Source: Albugo candida
Lineage: Eukaryota
Direction of reading: 5' to 3'
Length of the DNA: 64,000 nt
NCBI GenBank assembly: GCA_040437565.1
Contig: JBDOQK010000018.1
Location: 434,001 to 498,000, forward strand
In this document: positions 1-12,620 of the stretch, piece after piece
How the letters are laid out: every line of letters begins with the position of its first letter
Numbering within the stretch: position 1 is the stretch's first letter
The notes under the pieces: model-generated
Told to the model about the DNA's origin: nothing
What the model saw: only the letters and a program-made list of their open reading frames with translations
The model's database searches: none
Program-made: the position numbers and the translations under genes

Positions 1-1507
1 TCTTCCTCTTGAAGATTACCGACCACGCGGTCGTGTAGTGTTTGTGCTCGAGGCAAGCTATAATGTGAGAAAGAAGGCTCATGAAGCCTCTCTGAATCTG
101 TTAAAAACTTCAGTTCGAAAGTATTAAGTCAGCCTCGTCCATATCGTGGCTTTTCTTCTGCCTCTACTTCTCCTGACGCAGATCCCACGACAGTGCGCAT
201 GTAGCACTCCCTGCCATCGCTGTCGAACAATACTGCACAGGGTGGATGAGAGTACAGCAGGATGAATTATCACCTGTGAGTATACCATCTGCGCAACCAG
301 GTATATGGCATATGATTATTATATTCTCTTTGACAATAACTTCCTGCCCTAAATGCTTGATGAAAATACCCAGAATAAATACATCAAGCTTTCATGAGCC
401 CAAAGCGAAAGTAGGGTCAAATTCGTATGGAATGAATGGCGGCTAAAATATGCTGTGCATGCCTCCGAGTCAAGAAGTACTTGCCACCTTCAGTAGCTGC
501 TTTAGCTTTTACTGTAGCTTAGAGACACGCGAATCAGCATGCTCTCCTTGAATAAAACATGCCGGGATCTTGCTCATATTCCGGATAAAATCAGGACGGA
601 TTTGAGTACCTACGTTTGCCGACTATAACAGAGTCTGTGGTAATGCTACGATCGACTACGTCGACTTGGATACACTATGGGCGATCAGTGAAAACGAGGT
701 CACCAACTTTAAGGGTGATGAACAACAAACAATCTCATACACGTCCTTCGAAAGGTTCGGTCTTGTAAGTTGGCCACGCACAAAATTTTCAACCTCAAGA
801 TTGCGCCCTTTCACTGAGCAGGGGTAATGAATGACGTTTTCTTCGGCTTCCTTAGCGTATCAGACTTCACGGTCCTACTGAACAGAATCCAGGAGTAGAT
901 AAAGCGGCGGTTTAATTGATTTGAGCCAAGTAGCAAATGTTCCCTGTATTTTTATCTTGCTGGTGATACTCTCAGTAGCACGCAAAAGCTAGCCTTATGA
1001 TGTGTCTGGCCTAATACGTTTGGGTATACACGCGCATTGTGGAACACTCTAATTGTAATCTAAGAGGGTGAGAAATTTTTCGATTGCGTTGTGTATTGTG
1101 ACAACAAGGAACCTGTTGGTATGGTCGTATGAAGACAATCAAATAGTGACGTTCACGTCCTTCCGTTCATCAATTTTGGCAGTTCCAAAGAGAGCGACGT
1201 GGATGAGAGCTTCAATTTTCGATGCTGCCTCTCTCACGCCTTACCGGCGTCACGTACGCACCCTGGGTTCTAATTCCGTTTTCGCTCGATCGCCATGTAA
1301 CGTTCGTATCCGGGCCTGAGAAAAAACGAGTTTTGCGTAGCACGTCCTAACATGAATGCGGAGACCTTTGAAGTGTCTACGTCCCACCCGAAAGTAGAGT
1401 CTAGCTAAAGCGCACACGATGCATAAAGTAGCAAAAGAATCGTACATGTGCACGTCGAAGCTCTGTTAACGCCTACATTCGAGGACAGAATATCTTCTTC
1501 ATTTATC

Positions 1508-2014
1508 ATGATTTATTCTTGCATATGCTCTGAGATGCGTGAGTTCGTACCAGACTATGATGTTGATTTCATGAAAAATGAATACCAAAGATGAACTACC
1601 AAAGTTGGTTGCGATAACATGCCCATCAATTCGTCGACGAAAAAATTTGTTCAACTAGCTCGAAGAGTCAGCTTGGCGCACAGACACGGCAAAAAATTAG
1701 ATAAGAAGAGACGAGAAGTTGAGTACATATAAGAGGATATATTCTACTGGATGCAAGACGCTGCCACTGCGGGCCTCAGCAGTTGGTGCAAAACGACTCA
1801 GGATTCAATTACCACAAACGGGATAGACCTAGATCGCATCATGAAGATTCTTAACCTGAACGTAACGAAGCTCAAGCTTCCATCAAGTTTTCTCGCTAAC
1901 AACGGTCTCAGCGTGGAGGTTGTGACACAATATGTTTCATCCGCTCACAAGTTTTCTACGACCCATTCTAGAAGCCACAAGAAAGTAGGGTGTTCTGGTG
2001 TTATTATTTTGTAG
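1508..2014 (+). pseudogene. Possible decayed ORF of unknown identity
   Basis: One frame runs from ATG 1508 (MIYSCICSEMREF...) into ORF 1751-2014 with only two in-frame stops. No domain recognised. The copy at 2192-2601 is a gap-flank duplicate. Confidence 0.25.
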
Positions 2015-3555
2015 ACCAGCCAGCAAGAGTATTTCATAGACGTCAACAAACGACAACACTTTTTACATTCTGAATAAGTCGTTTTTTTTTTNNNNNNNNN
2101 NNNNNNNNNNNNNNNNNNNNNNNNNNNNNNNNNNNNNNNNNNNNNNNNNNNNNNNNNNNNNNNNNNNNNNNNNNNNNNNNNNNNNNNNNNNAGACACGGC
2201 AAAAAATTAGATAAGAAGAGACGAGAAGTTGAGTACATATAAGAGGATATATTCTACTGGATGCAAGACGCTGCCACTGCGGGCCTCAGCAGTTGGTGCA
2301 AAACGACTCAGGATTCAATTACCACAAACGGGATAGACCTAGATCGCATCATGAAGATTCTTAACCTGAACGTAACGAAGCTCAAGCTTCCATCAAGTTT
2401 TCTCGCTAACAACGGTCTCAGCGTGGAGGTTGTGACACAATATGTTTCATCCGCTCACAAGTTTTCTACGACCCATTCTAGAAGCCACAAGAAAGTAGGG
2501 TGTTCTGGTGTTATTATTTTGTAGACCAGCCAGCAAGAGTATTTCATAGACGTCAACAAACGACAACACTTTTTACATTCTGAATAAGTCGTTTTTTTTT
2601 TATTCTGTGGTCAGCGCCAATGGTTTATTCAACATGATAATCCAGATCGAAGAGCAACCAGGAGCCCCAAGTCGATTGTCAGCACTTGAGAGGAAATCGC
2701 TAATGCCTCGGATTTTGAGGAGTGGTGCGAATATATGCGGAAAAAAGGCACCAAATGTTTCCAAAGTGAGGTCATCATTGAAATTTCGTGGGTAGGAAAG
2801 TTGCCAAACCTCTAATTTCGAGATTCGTAGCTTTCCATAGTGCATTCTTTCTCGTCATGACGTGAAAGGCGTGCTCTTGTCCCGCAGTTGCTGCTTCCGT
2901 CAGTTTGGACCTGCATTGTATCATCTCCTCAAGCAATAACTGAGTGTAGAAAAATACGTTTCACAATTCGTGATCAGTAGCTTCCAGAGCATTTATTAAT
3001 TCACAGCATCTGATGTCACAGGTTTTCTTATAGAAATCTGTGTGTGATGGTGCCAGCTTCCAAAAAAAAGGAAACACTACCAGATAACTGCTTCGATTTT
3101 GCATTCTTTCGCTCCACTTTTTGTAAGGTAACTCTAGCAATCACTTGAGGTAAATTTATCTGGGCGAAGAGAGAAGTCCTGATAAATGTGGCTTTGTTAA
3201 TTTGGTATCTGTCTGTTCATGTTCGCTTTTGAACAATTCTCTCTTGCGGAAGAACCAAGAGAATCGGCAGGTTTGTCCTCATTCGAAAGAGCTAATATCT
3301 TATTTAAGAAAAAGGAGTGTCCTGATGCTAATCAACACCGAGTTCTCCGAGCATCATACCTCGTCTTCACGGGCGTATAATTAAGATTAAAATCGGCTAG
3401 TTATTGTGATCTGTGCACCGAGACATAAATAATGCGCACATGCACTACTAATTTCTGATAGCCTCGAAACACCGTATTGCATTCATCGTTAACCTTGTGC
3501 TCTCTAATGAGATGCAACACTTTGTTCTTAGGCACGAGACCTTACTGAGCTATCT

Positions 3556-5161
3556 TCATTCGTTCTGTATCAGCCGTGGGGAGTAAGAAACACCCATCTC
3601 AAAAAACATTTTGTCAGTCAAGACTCGAAATTGTTGCTATATCAATCTTACCAGCGAAATGGATGCGACAATAATTCGTAAAATAAATGATGGATTGTTC
3701 GTTTCCAAAAGCACACTGGCATCACCCGGTTAATTAGATCATAATACTGCACAAATGTTTGATTGAAGGTACCTGTCGGAGAGCAGAAGACCAGAAAATC
3801 CCATGACGAGTGAAATGAGTGCAAGATTGGAATGCTTATGATCACGGAGGACTCTATAAGATGAAATGGCTAAAGCAATTGCGGCAATGCCAAAAGCGGC
3901 TAGCGCAACTTGCTGGTATTGCTTTTTTCAAAAGTATACAAGACAATATCAATGTCTTCCCAACAAAACATGCACAGGCGTGATTACATACCAAGGAAGT
4001 ATCAAACAGTAACACTGACTCTCCTGCTGTGCGCCAAGTCATAGATATTGCGATCCATTTGGCGAAAACTCGATCATCTTTTCGATGCAAATTGTACATG
4101 AATAAGAAGAGCGATACCGCAAAAAGTAGCCAGACTCGTCCTATATCTGCAATGAAGTGGCAATAAAAAATACATGAAAATTTCAAACCGGGAGTGCATA
4201 TGTATACGTACAGGCTACTGGAGGAATTATGTAGCCAAGATTCTCAAAAAAGGTCCAATATTGTGTTAGTAGCCACCGTGTTGACAACACTGGCAGCAAA
4301 GCAATGATGATGCCAGATACGCATATTGAAGGATGTCGCCATGAGCGTCGCTGATAGGTACTCTTTCTTTTAGCATACATAGAGGATGCACCACTTGCTT
4401 CATCTCGGCGTAGAATTTCATATTTGCTCTGACCACCGGTTTGGTAAATTTCCAAGAGCTCTTCCTCTTCAACTTCGGGTTCGCCATTGTAGTTTCGATG
4501 CGTTTTTCTTTGAATTCTGATGCTTTGTGCATTTTCTGGATCACCATTTTGCAGAGTTGTGTTAGCAGCTGCAACATTTGGAGGCTTTGACAATTTTTTT
4601 GTTACTTCTGATTCAAAAATCTCACGCATGTGAGAGCGGTGTTGTCTCGGGGATCGGCGAGTCGGTGTACTTGATTTCGCCGCTGCAGATTCGACATATT
4701 CTCGCGTTTTTGAAGTTCCTCCGTTCAAAGATATGCTATGCTTTTCTTCAAGTAGCAGTGAACTTGAGGAAGATGAAATTCGGCTTCTTCTTGGACTTGG
4801 TGTCTGGCTCCGAATGTGTGATCTCGCCGGGCTTCTGCCCCGTGCTGGGCTCTTTTTCCGCGTACGCGACGGTTTTCGAATCCGAAGAGGCGATCTTTCC
4901 GGAGAAGACTGATCGCTTAGGCTCGCAATGTCCTCTGTTTTCTTTCTTTCTCGTTCAAACGCACGGACGACAGATCCATGACCATCTTTCATCAAATCCA
5001 CACGGCTTTCCCTATTAGCAAATGATATTAGCTTGGTTTGAGATGAGCGTTGATGATACGAACCAAGTATTATTCTCTTCTCCGTATCCTTTCCATTTGA
5101 TCAGGTAGTACACACGATTGTGTCGCATATCACGATCGATAATTCGCTCAATCTTCGGCAT
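3556..5161 (-). CDS. Chromodomain + RS/SP-rich linker + multi-pass YhhN/TMEM86-like membrane domain, ~435 aa, 6 exons
   Basis: Manual splicing gives exons 5161-5064, 5011-4212, 4146-3992, 3921-3773, 3715-3652 and 3597-3556, all GT-AG, total 1308 nt in frame. N-terminus IERIIDR..YYLIKWKGYGEENNTWESRVDL is a chromodomain. The linker contains RKKSPARGRSPARS..PSPRRSR. The C-terminus has hydrophobic helices with WRTAGESVLLF and GFSGLLLSDSVLL. The last exon is least certain (GAG acceptor). Confidence 0.75.
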
Positions 5162-6897
5162 TACGATCAACCGTGCTTGAAAGAGTCTTCTATTATAGAT
5201 GGCAGAGTACCTTCTCGAAGCCAGCAGTTTTATTGACCGTCTAGTATTCATGTCAGCAGCGATCAGGTACATCAGTCTTATTCGGTGCGAAGCAGAGTAC
5301 GATTTAGATGCGTGCAAGGAGTACTTCTGCATGTCTTGCACTCATATGAGCTAGGCCTAAAAAAGACTGTTATGAGGAAGTAAGCAATGCTCCTTTACTT
5401 TTTCCAAATACTGTAAAGTACTATGCGGCAACTCGGTTACTATTCGATACCAAGGAGTGTTTTGATGCGGTTTTGCGCCTAGTTGGATTCACTTTCTTAT
5501 TGATAAACATCACCTTGCAGTCATTACGAAACATTGCTGTTAATACGAGGCAAGAAATGCTAGAAACTCCGCTTTGGCGATAGACATCTACTTAGTATAT
5601 ACACCCGCATTCACACTGATAGTCTCTTGAGCATATAAGGAGCTGATGACCCGAGGGTAAGACGTTTCTGGCTGAAGGATGTGCAACTGCGACAATGNNN
5701 NNNNNNNNNNNNNNNNNNNNNNNNNNNNNNNNNNNNNNNNNNNNNNNNNNNNNNNNNNNNNNNNNNNNNNNNNNNNNNNNNNNNNNNNNNNNNNNNNGTG
5801 TTTTGATGCGGTTTTGCGCCTAGTTGGATTCACTTTCTTATTGATAAACATCACCTTGCAGTCATTACGAAACATTGCTGTTAATACGAGGCAAGAAATG
5901 CTAGAAACTCCGCTTTGGCGATAGACATCTACTTAGTATATACACCCGCATTCACACTGATAGTCTCTTGAGCATATAAGGAGCTGATGACCCGAGGGTA
6001 AGACGTTTCTGGCTGAAGGATGTGCAACTGCGACAATGCGCACCGGTAAACACGAGATTTGGCTTTAGCAACGAAACGTGTGTTACTTACACCAGATTAC
6101 AGGAAGTCTCGAACGTAGCAACATTAAGCGATAATGCCTTCATATTACACTTTCTACAGCGACTTTCGAGTTTTTTTTTTACTTTTCCTGCAAAAAGAAG
6201 ACACCAATCTATCAGCCAGATAAGTTGTGGACCTCGCCATCTACGTCGCTTTGATCAGACCGGACGACGTACATTATCGTGTTAGATGCTTTTAGCTGAT
6301 TTTAATATTGATTTGCTGCAGATACATAGCTAAATAGAGCGGCATCATGAATGCTACATAATATGTACGCGAGAAAGAGTCTTCCTGTCGCTTCTCGCTA
6401 CTCTAGTAGTGTCACAACTCGATAGAGGACAATCTTTCTATGGAATAGCAACTGCATACATGCATAATATAAATACAACTCGTTATCACATCAAGCCTTC
6501 AACAGCTCAAAAGTGACATGTGACCAATGTTTATGGAGTATCTTGACTTGCAATGATGTGTTCAACTGTCGAGCGAAGGTTGAGCATTGTTATCCACTCA
6601 TTTGGCACTCGTCGGTGTTTTATACAGCAATGGCAAGCATATAAAAGCACCGAATACTGGATCTTTCGAATTGGTGCAACTGAGTCACAATGAGGTTGTA
6701 GGCGTTGCCTGTCAGCATATCAACTGGTTGCTATCCTGGACCATCATCCATATAATGCATTTTCCTCTAAAGCAGCTCGCCGAACATATCGGACCCAAAT
6801 GTTTCACTTCATCTACATGCATAGTCTTGTCACAATCCCTGTACAGCAGCTGCCATCTGTTATGTCATCAGTCCATAGTGAGCAAAAGGGTTGATAT

Positions 6898-9800
6898 CTA
6901 AACCCAGAACTTCAATTTCGAGCCCTGCAGTCCAGTGCTATATCGGCCGGTTTTCCTCAAATCATTCTCATGCACATAAATCACTCCAACTTGGTTAACT
7001 TGTGCCCGCATATTGGTCAATTTGACTGTATAGATTCCATTTTCTGGCTGGATAGCCACAACAATACCCGATCCGAAATTAGATGTTTGCACGTTCATTC
7101 CGACCAACGCTTTCAAAGTATACTTGATTGCGTGAAAATCCACTACCCGTGTCTCATCGGTATGATTAATCTTTACAACTGCTACCCCCTTGGCGTGATC
7201 TAGATCAGTGATTGTTCCGGAACCATACGGGGTAACAACAAACTGACCCACAGTACTCCTCTTGGAGACGTATTGCATTGTACTGGAGCAAATCTCGTTA
7301 GACGTTGTCATGGCATGTCGCAACGCATTCGCAAAAAGATTTGTCGATGGAGTTTGTGCTGAGTCGATAGCTAATTCCTTCTCGCCGTTGCTATCCAGTG
7401 GACTAGGTTGTACTGACGACCCTCTTGATGAATTGGATGATATTGTCAGAGAATTTTTTCTGGTACGACTCCTACCTGAAGACGTTAGGAAAGACGGTAT
7501 CTTCTTTACTCTTGCCTGACGATGAATATCCGTTTCGGAAAATACTTGCGCGTTTCTGGTTGGATTTCGTCCGGTACTTGGATCCACAGCAAGCTCTATG
7601 AGATACTTCCGGTCTTTTACCATATACTCAATGACACAACCTTCACCAGCTGGGGTCGTGACCCACTCGTGTCGTAAAGCGGGGATCACATGCATAGTAT
7701 GAGGCGTACGGCAGTACATCATCATAGGCATTGAACCTGCTTGTAATTTTACAATGACGAATATCTCACCTTTGAGGTTGCACGCGACGACAGTACCCAG
7801 CCCGTACTTTGTACTGACCTTGCATCCTGCAGTTAGCATTTGTTCTTCGTGATCGCTGAAAGAGCTGGAAGTTGTTGTGTCCGACGAGCGATCTGATTTT
7901 GGGGTAGGATTCACCTGAAAGATCATTTTGAGTGCTTGCATCCCGCTGTGAAGGTGATCTTTCAAGACCTCGGTAGGAGCTTGTGATGACAGGAATCGGT
8001 CGTTGTCTGAGGCAGATTTAGTACTTGACTTGAGTTCTTTCTCGTTGTAGTCACACCGAGGTGTTGCTGGTGAACTCTCTGGTGTTGCTGGAGTGGAAGG
8101 AAGTGAATCTGTTGTTTTGATGGATGACGACTCGTGGTGCTGCGACAACGTGCTTTCCGAGTAGGCTTCTTCATCTTGATCTGAAGAATTATACTCATTT
8201 ACTATTGAGCGATTACTGTGGCAAGCAAATCCATTCACTTCATGTCGAGGCGTTCCAATGAACATGTCCGACTTCTGCGATTTATCTGATGAGACAGCCT
8301 CCACAGAGTTTAATTTTTTCGGGAACCATTTAGACCATAAATTGCTGCGGTGCACCACGGAGCCGAATTTTGAGTTCAAGTCATGGTCCGTCGACGAACG
8401 GTTACATGAGGTGTCATGACTGGACATAGTCGATGCTCCGTGTGATAAGGTTACATGGTCATCTTGCATACAAGGTGGAGTAGACGAGTGTATTGGCTCT
8501 ATGCGGCTGATATCTTCGTCGACTGATGCTTTTGTTGACTCCGATTCGACTAATACAGTAAGAGCCACTAATCTGGACAATTCTACTGTTCTTAATTTCG
8601 ATGAGCAATAAGAATCGCTACTTGCGTGAAGTGATAGAGTTCGATCGCCGACGGTGAAATGATTCCCTGTTGATTTCGCTGCTCCCGCTCTGTTTGGCTC
8701 ATCATCGCTGAGTTCACGACAAACCTGAAAGCTATCAATTACTGAGCCACCGAGCTTCTTCAACCCCTTGTGTGGCAGCTCGTCTCCTTTTGTTGAAGTC
8801 AAAACAGCAATAGCGGAACTGGTTGTCTCTATGGATAAGCATGAGTGAAATGATTCTAAGCAATCCTCAAGCTTCGCGTCTTCTTCAGTCTGAGTTGAAT
8901 TCTGTAACTGGTTGTCGCATTTTAGGTCCCATCCTTTGAAGACTGTAGATCCAGGAGTTCCTGGCCCGGAATACATTGATTTGGTACTGGAGGGTAACGA
9001 TTCAAGAATTGCTTCGCTGCAATCGGATGACTTAGATGATTGTCCCAGCGCAATATGTGTTGACGTTGACGACACTCTGGGCGTATTAGGATCAGACTGC
9101 GCATCTTTTGTTCCACATATAGTCGAAAATGCTGATAACAGTTTCCAGCCGGTTGAGCTACTTGACGTGAAGGTGTGATTTGGCGTGTTTGGTAACGACG
9201 TTGCTTCTGATTCCGATGATATACTATTAGAATTGACGTCTTGGAGGGAGCGTTTGGAGACATTGATCGATGAACATGAATGGAAAGAATCCGTTGCTTG
9301 ATCACTCGGTGCAACAGTATGTGCTTCGGACCGGTACGAGCGTATTCCCAGTGTATCAGATTCAATAGAATCTGCTATTCCCAAATCAGTTGGTGTCTTT
9401 AAAATCAGGCTGCACTTCGTTGAATCAAATTCAGAATCTACATTTTGCAACCGTTTTGTTCCAAAGAAAGATGCATCATCTGATCCGCCATAATTGTTGT
9501 TTTCTGTTTCAGGAAGTATTGCCAAAGAATTGTTGACAAAGTATGAGCTTACTTCAGCATTTTGCCCCTCGAAAATGAAATCATCAGCATCCAATGTATC
9601 AATCAGGTTTGTGGTCCCCGAATCGATCGCAGAGCTACTGGAGTATGATAGACTTGATGTTGGTAGTGATTTCTTCGAGCATGTCGCTGATTGAGCTATG
9701 TCATCATTTTCAGTCTCGGATTTCGATGTTGGAGTTTGTAGAAATAAAATCGATTTGCTTGGCAGTAAAGAACTGTCTAGTGTTTCTGTTTCAGAGGTGT

Positions 9801-11952
9801 GTGTTGGTTCACAGGAGTCTTCAAACATCTTACCTGTCGATTGAATTGGTGTGGTGGTCGGTAAAGTGGCTATCGTTGTTGTAAACTCATGCAAGATCAA
9901 AACTTGTTCTATGCTACTCCCTTCAATTGGGTTTAGTCGAGCTGTTTTGGGGATTGGCGTCACCAAGCTGCTGATAAGTGAAGTCGTTGTGCTACTTTCC
10001 GAACCCTTTGTTTCAGATTGAGTTACGGAAATTTGAGCCGGCACCTTTGTATCTTCCCGAACAGAAATATCCATTTGATTTTCATCACACGCTACTGCGG
10101 GCTGTAGAGGGGGGTCTATACATAAATGATCTTCTACCATTGTAACACTGTGCCCTCTCTCTCCACAATCTGGACTGCACTGATTCACCTTGGGAGTATC
10201 CGACGGTATTTCTTCACCTTCCTTGTGGCATAATAGAGTTTCATCAGCAGATGATAGGAGTTGTAACTTCGGAGCTATCGAGAAGGTTTCCTCTTGTCTC
10301 ACTGGATTGATGATTTCTTCATCTGGGGGACTCAAAATTTCGCTAAGCTGTGTATTACCTGGTTCCTCTTGTTGTGAACAAGCTGTTCCAGGAGGGTAAA
10401 TTCCCTGCACTTTTGATGGTGCTGTAAAGCCTTCTTGTAGACTGCTCGGTAGCCCGTACGATAAAGTGACATTTTGCTCTACTGCCTGAGTTGGTTCTTT
10501 CAATTCTTCTCTGATAATTGGACGCGCATAGTCAGAAATTGACTTCTTCGAGTCTCTATGACCCCCCTCTCCTTCACTGAAAAGCACTTTTGATAGTCTG
10601 GACCGCATGGGTGCTCCCATTGTCTCCTGCTGAGTCGGTACTATCGAAATTGGATTGGAAGAGCTGTGTGAGGATTCTTGCGTTGCGTAATCCGGGAAAT
10701 TTCCAGTCGCTATTTTATTACAGAATTCCTTCAGTCGCGATTTTTCGAATTTAGTCTCTTCATTTATCGCATTCTTATTCTCAGTGTCCAGATCCATGGT
10801 ACTGATCGTCGATGATTCTCGATCACTTCTCTCTTTCTCACCTCTCGGTATAATAGACATAGCCTGAAGTGGCGAATCGGTAATGTTCCCAGCTCGTGCC
10901 AAATATGCCGCAAGTTTTAAATTGATGGTCTTCGATCCTACAGGTTGTGGCTTGATAGATACGTTGCTTGTATTCGGAGGTGTTTCTTTCACGCTCGTCC
11001 ACTTGTGGCCGACGACGGAAATGACTTTCGGTTCAGAATTTCCGGTAGAGCATACATCTTTTTTCGCCGCTGGACTCGCGCTAATCTGATTCGTTTTGAA
11101 GATAACGCTCATGGTCGGCCCAGATTGCAATCTCGAAGGTGTCAGCACTGGTGCTCCACTGATGTTGTCTTTTCTTCGTCGTCCATGCCGACTAATTGTT
11201 CCCACCAGTGTACAAGACTCGGCTATGGAATTGTCAGCTTCCCGAAAATCATGACGGGCCTTTCCACCACCAACTTTTGATTTTCTTAAGCTCAGCTCTG
11301 AGGGATTGATACTTTTTTTTTGAAGATGCATTAAACTTCCGTCCTGTTGATGTGCTTCTTTTCTTGGTGTGTTGATGGCGGTGGCGCACGGTTGGGTGGT
11401 CATTCTTTCAAATTTCGCTATTCTGGAATTGACAATTGATGGTAGTTTCCTGTCGTGTTTATATCGATCCAGCTTTGGCTGAAGACATGTCGTGTCGATC
11501 GTCTTATTAATTTGGACGTTCCTCTTCCCTCTTTGTTGTGTATCGGCGGGCACACAGACTCTACTCGCTTTCGGATAGATTGTCCTATGTGCTTTATCCG
11601 TGACTATAGTATCAAATCCCATGCCAGCAGCCAGATTGTCTTTACGACTCTCAGCCGTAGACCCACTCGCAATTTCCTCGGCTTGATTATCGGCTCGTCC
11701 AATAATCTGGCTGACGGCTACGGATGGTGGAGGATTCTTTGCAAGAAAAGCTGAAAGCTTCCCTGTAGCACCGACCCTCTCTGTGTTGGTAAATTGTCTC
11801 GATGCTGCGTTTATATTTGACGATGCGCTAGCTCTTTGTAAGAGCGTTGGATATTTGACGCTGATGTCAAACGTATGCGTACTGTTTCTGAACGGTGAGC
11901 TGTCACTACCGAACAAAAGATGCGACTGGATTTACCGACTGTGTTTTTTCAT
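6898..11952 (-). CDS. Large Ser/Thr-rich disordered protein with four C-terminal V-x-T-x-[YFA]-G-x-G-x-[VI] beta-barrel-like repeats
   Basis: 5-kb uninterrupted ORF. Probable start is ATG 11952 (MKKHSR), joined by a 48-nt GTAAAT..CAG intron. Repeats: KVSTKYGLGTVV, WVTTPAGEGCVI, FVVTPYGSGTIT, NVQTSNFGSGIVV. Confidence 0.85.
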
Positions 11953-12620
11953 AAATTCTGTGCCACGTATTCATCCGCTCTGGGCTCGCCTTTTGCTCTC
12001 TGCTTGCGCGCTGGTTAGGATTGATCAGCAGGACGCGCACAAAATCGAATCCAATGTATAGGTCAAACAAACTCTGTGGGATATCAAATATAGTGTATTA
12101 TGTAAGTGATTAAGATATCACATTGTAAATGCTCACAAGCTGCAATCTGATTTGAATTCACGCAACATGAGCAAAAAAGCAGCTCTGTCATATAAGTCTT
12201 AGATTCGTGAAGCGAAATTCATTCAAGTGGAGGCTTCATGGCTCAAGGATCAAGGACAGCACTGCGACAAGAAAGTCTGGCTGTGTGTTATTTGGACAAG
12301 TTTTTTCCTCAATGTATAAGATGACCTCGCACTGAATATATAATGCAAGCTACTACATGCCATTCTTCAATGTCGCAGTGACAAGATCAGATCGTTGATC
12401 ATGTACCATCCCTCGTTTCTGCTCTTATCGCCGATTCTCAACGATCAATACAAGGGTGTCACACTGACGTAGTAATGCAGTAATGCAGTAATGAGACCAG
12501 TAAAATCATGATTGACGTACCGAGTTCGTTACTAAAGAAGCCGGTCGTACGCCTGTCGTACCTGACACTCTTTTCTTGTCCTTCTTACTGGGAACTTTGG
12601 GTGGCATTAGTTTGCAAATC

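Noticed and set aside
1250-1453. Short minus-strand ORF with a hydrophobic start as a candidate secreted effector
   Set aside because: Only 67 aa, with no clear RxLR-dEER or CHxC/CCG motif and downstream stops; unsupported.
1682-2601. Identical 87-aa ORFs at 1751 and 2261, an apparent tandem duplication
   Set aside because: The copies are exact and flank a 100-N gap, so they are unmerged contig overlap.
12472-12495. GTAATGCA tandem repeat upstream of the GPCR-INPP4 gene
   Set aside because: About three copies of an 8-mer; simple slippage repeat with no evidence of function.
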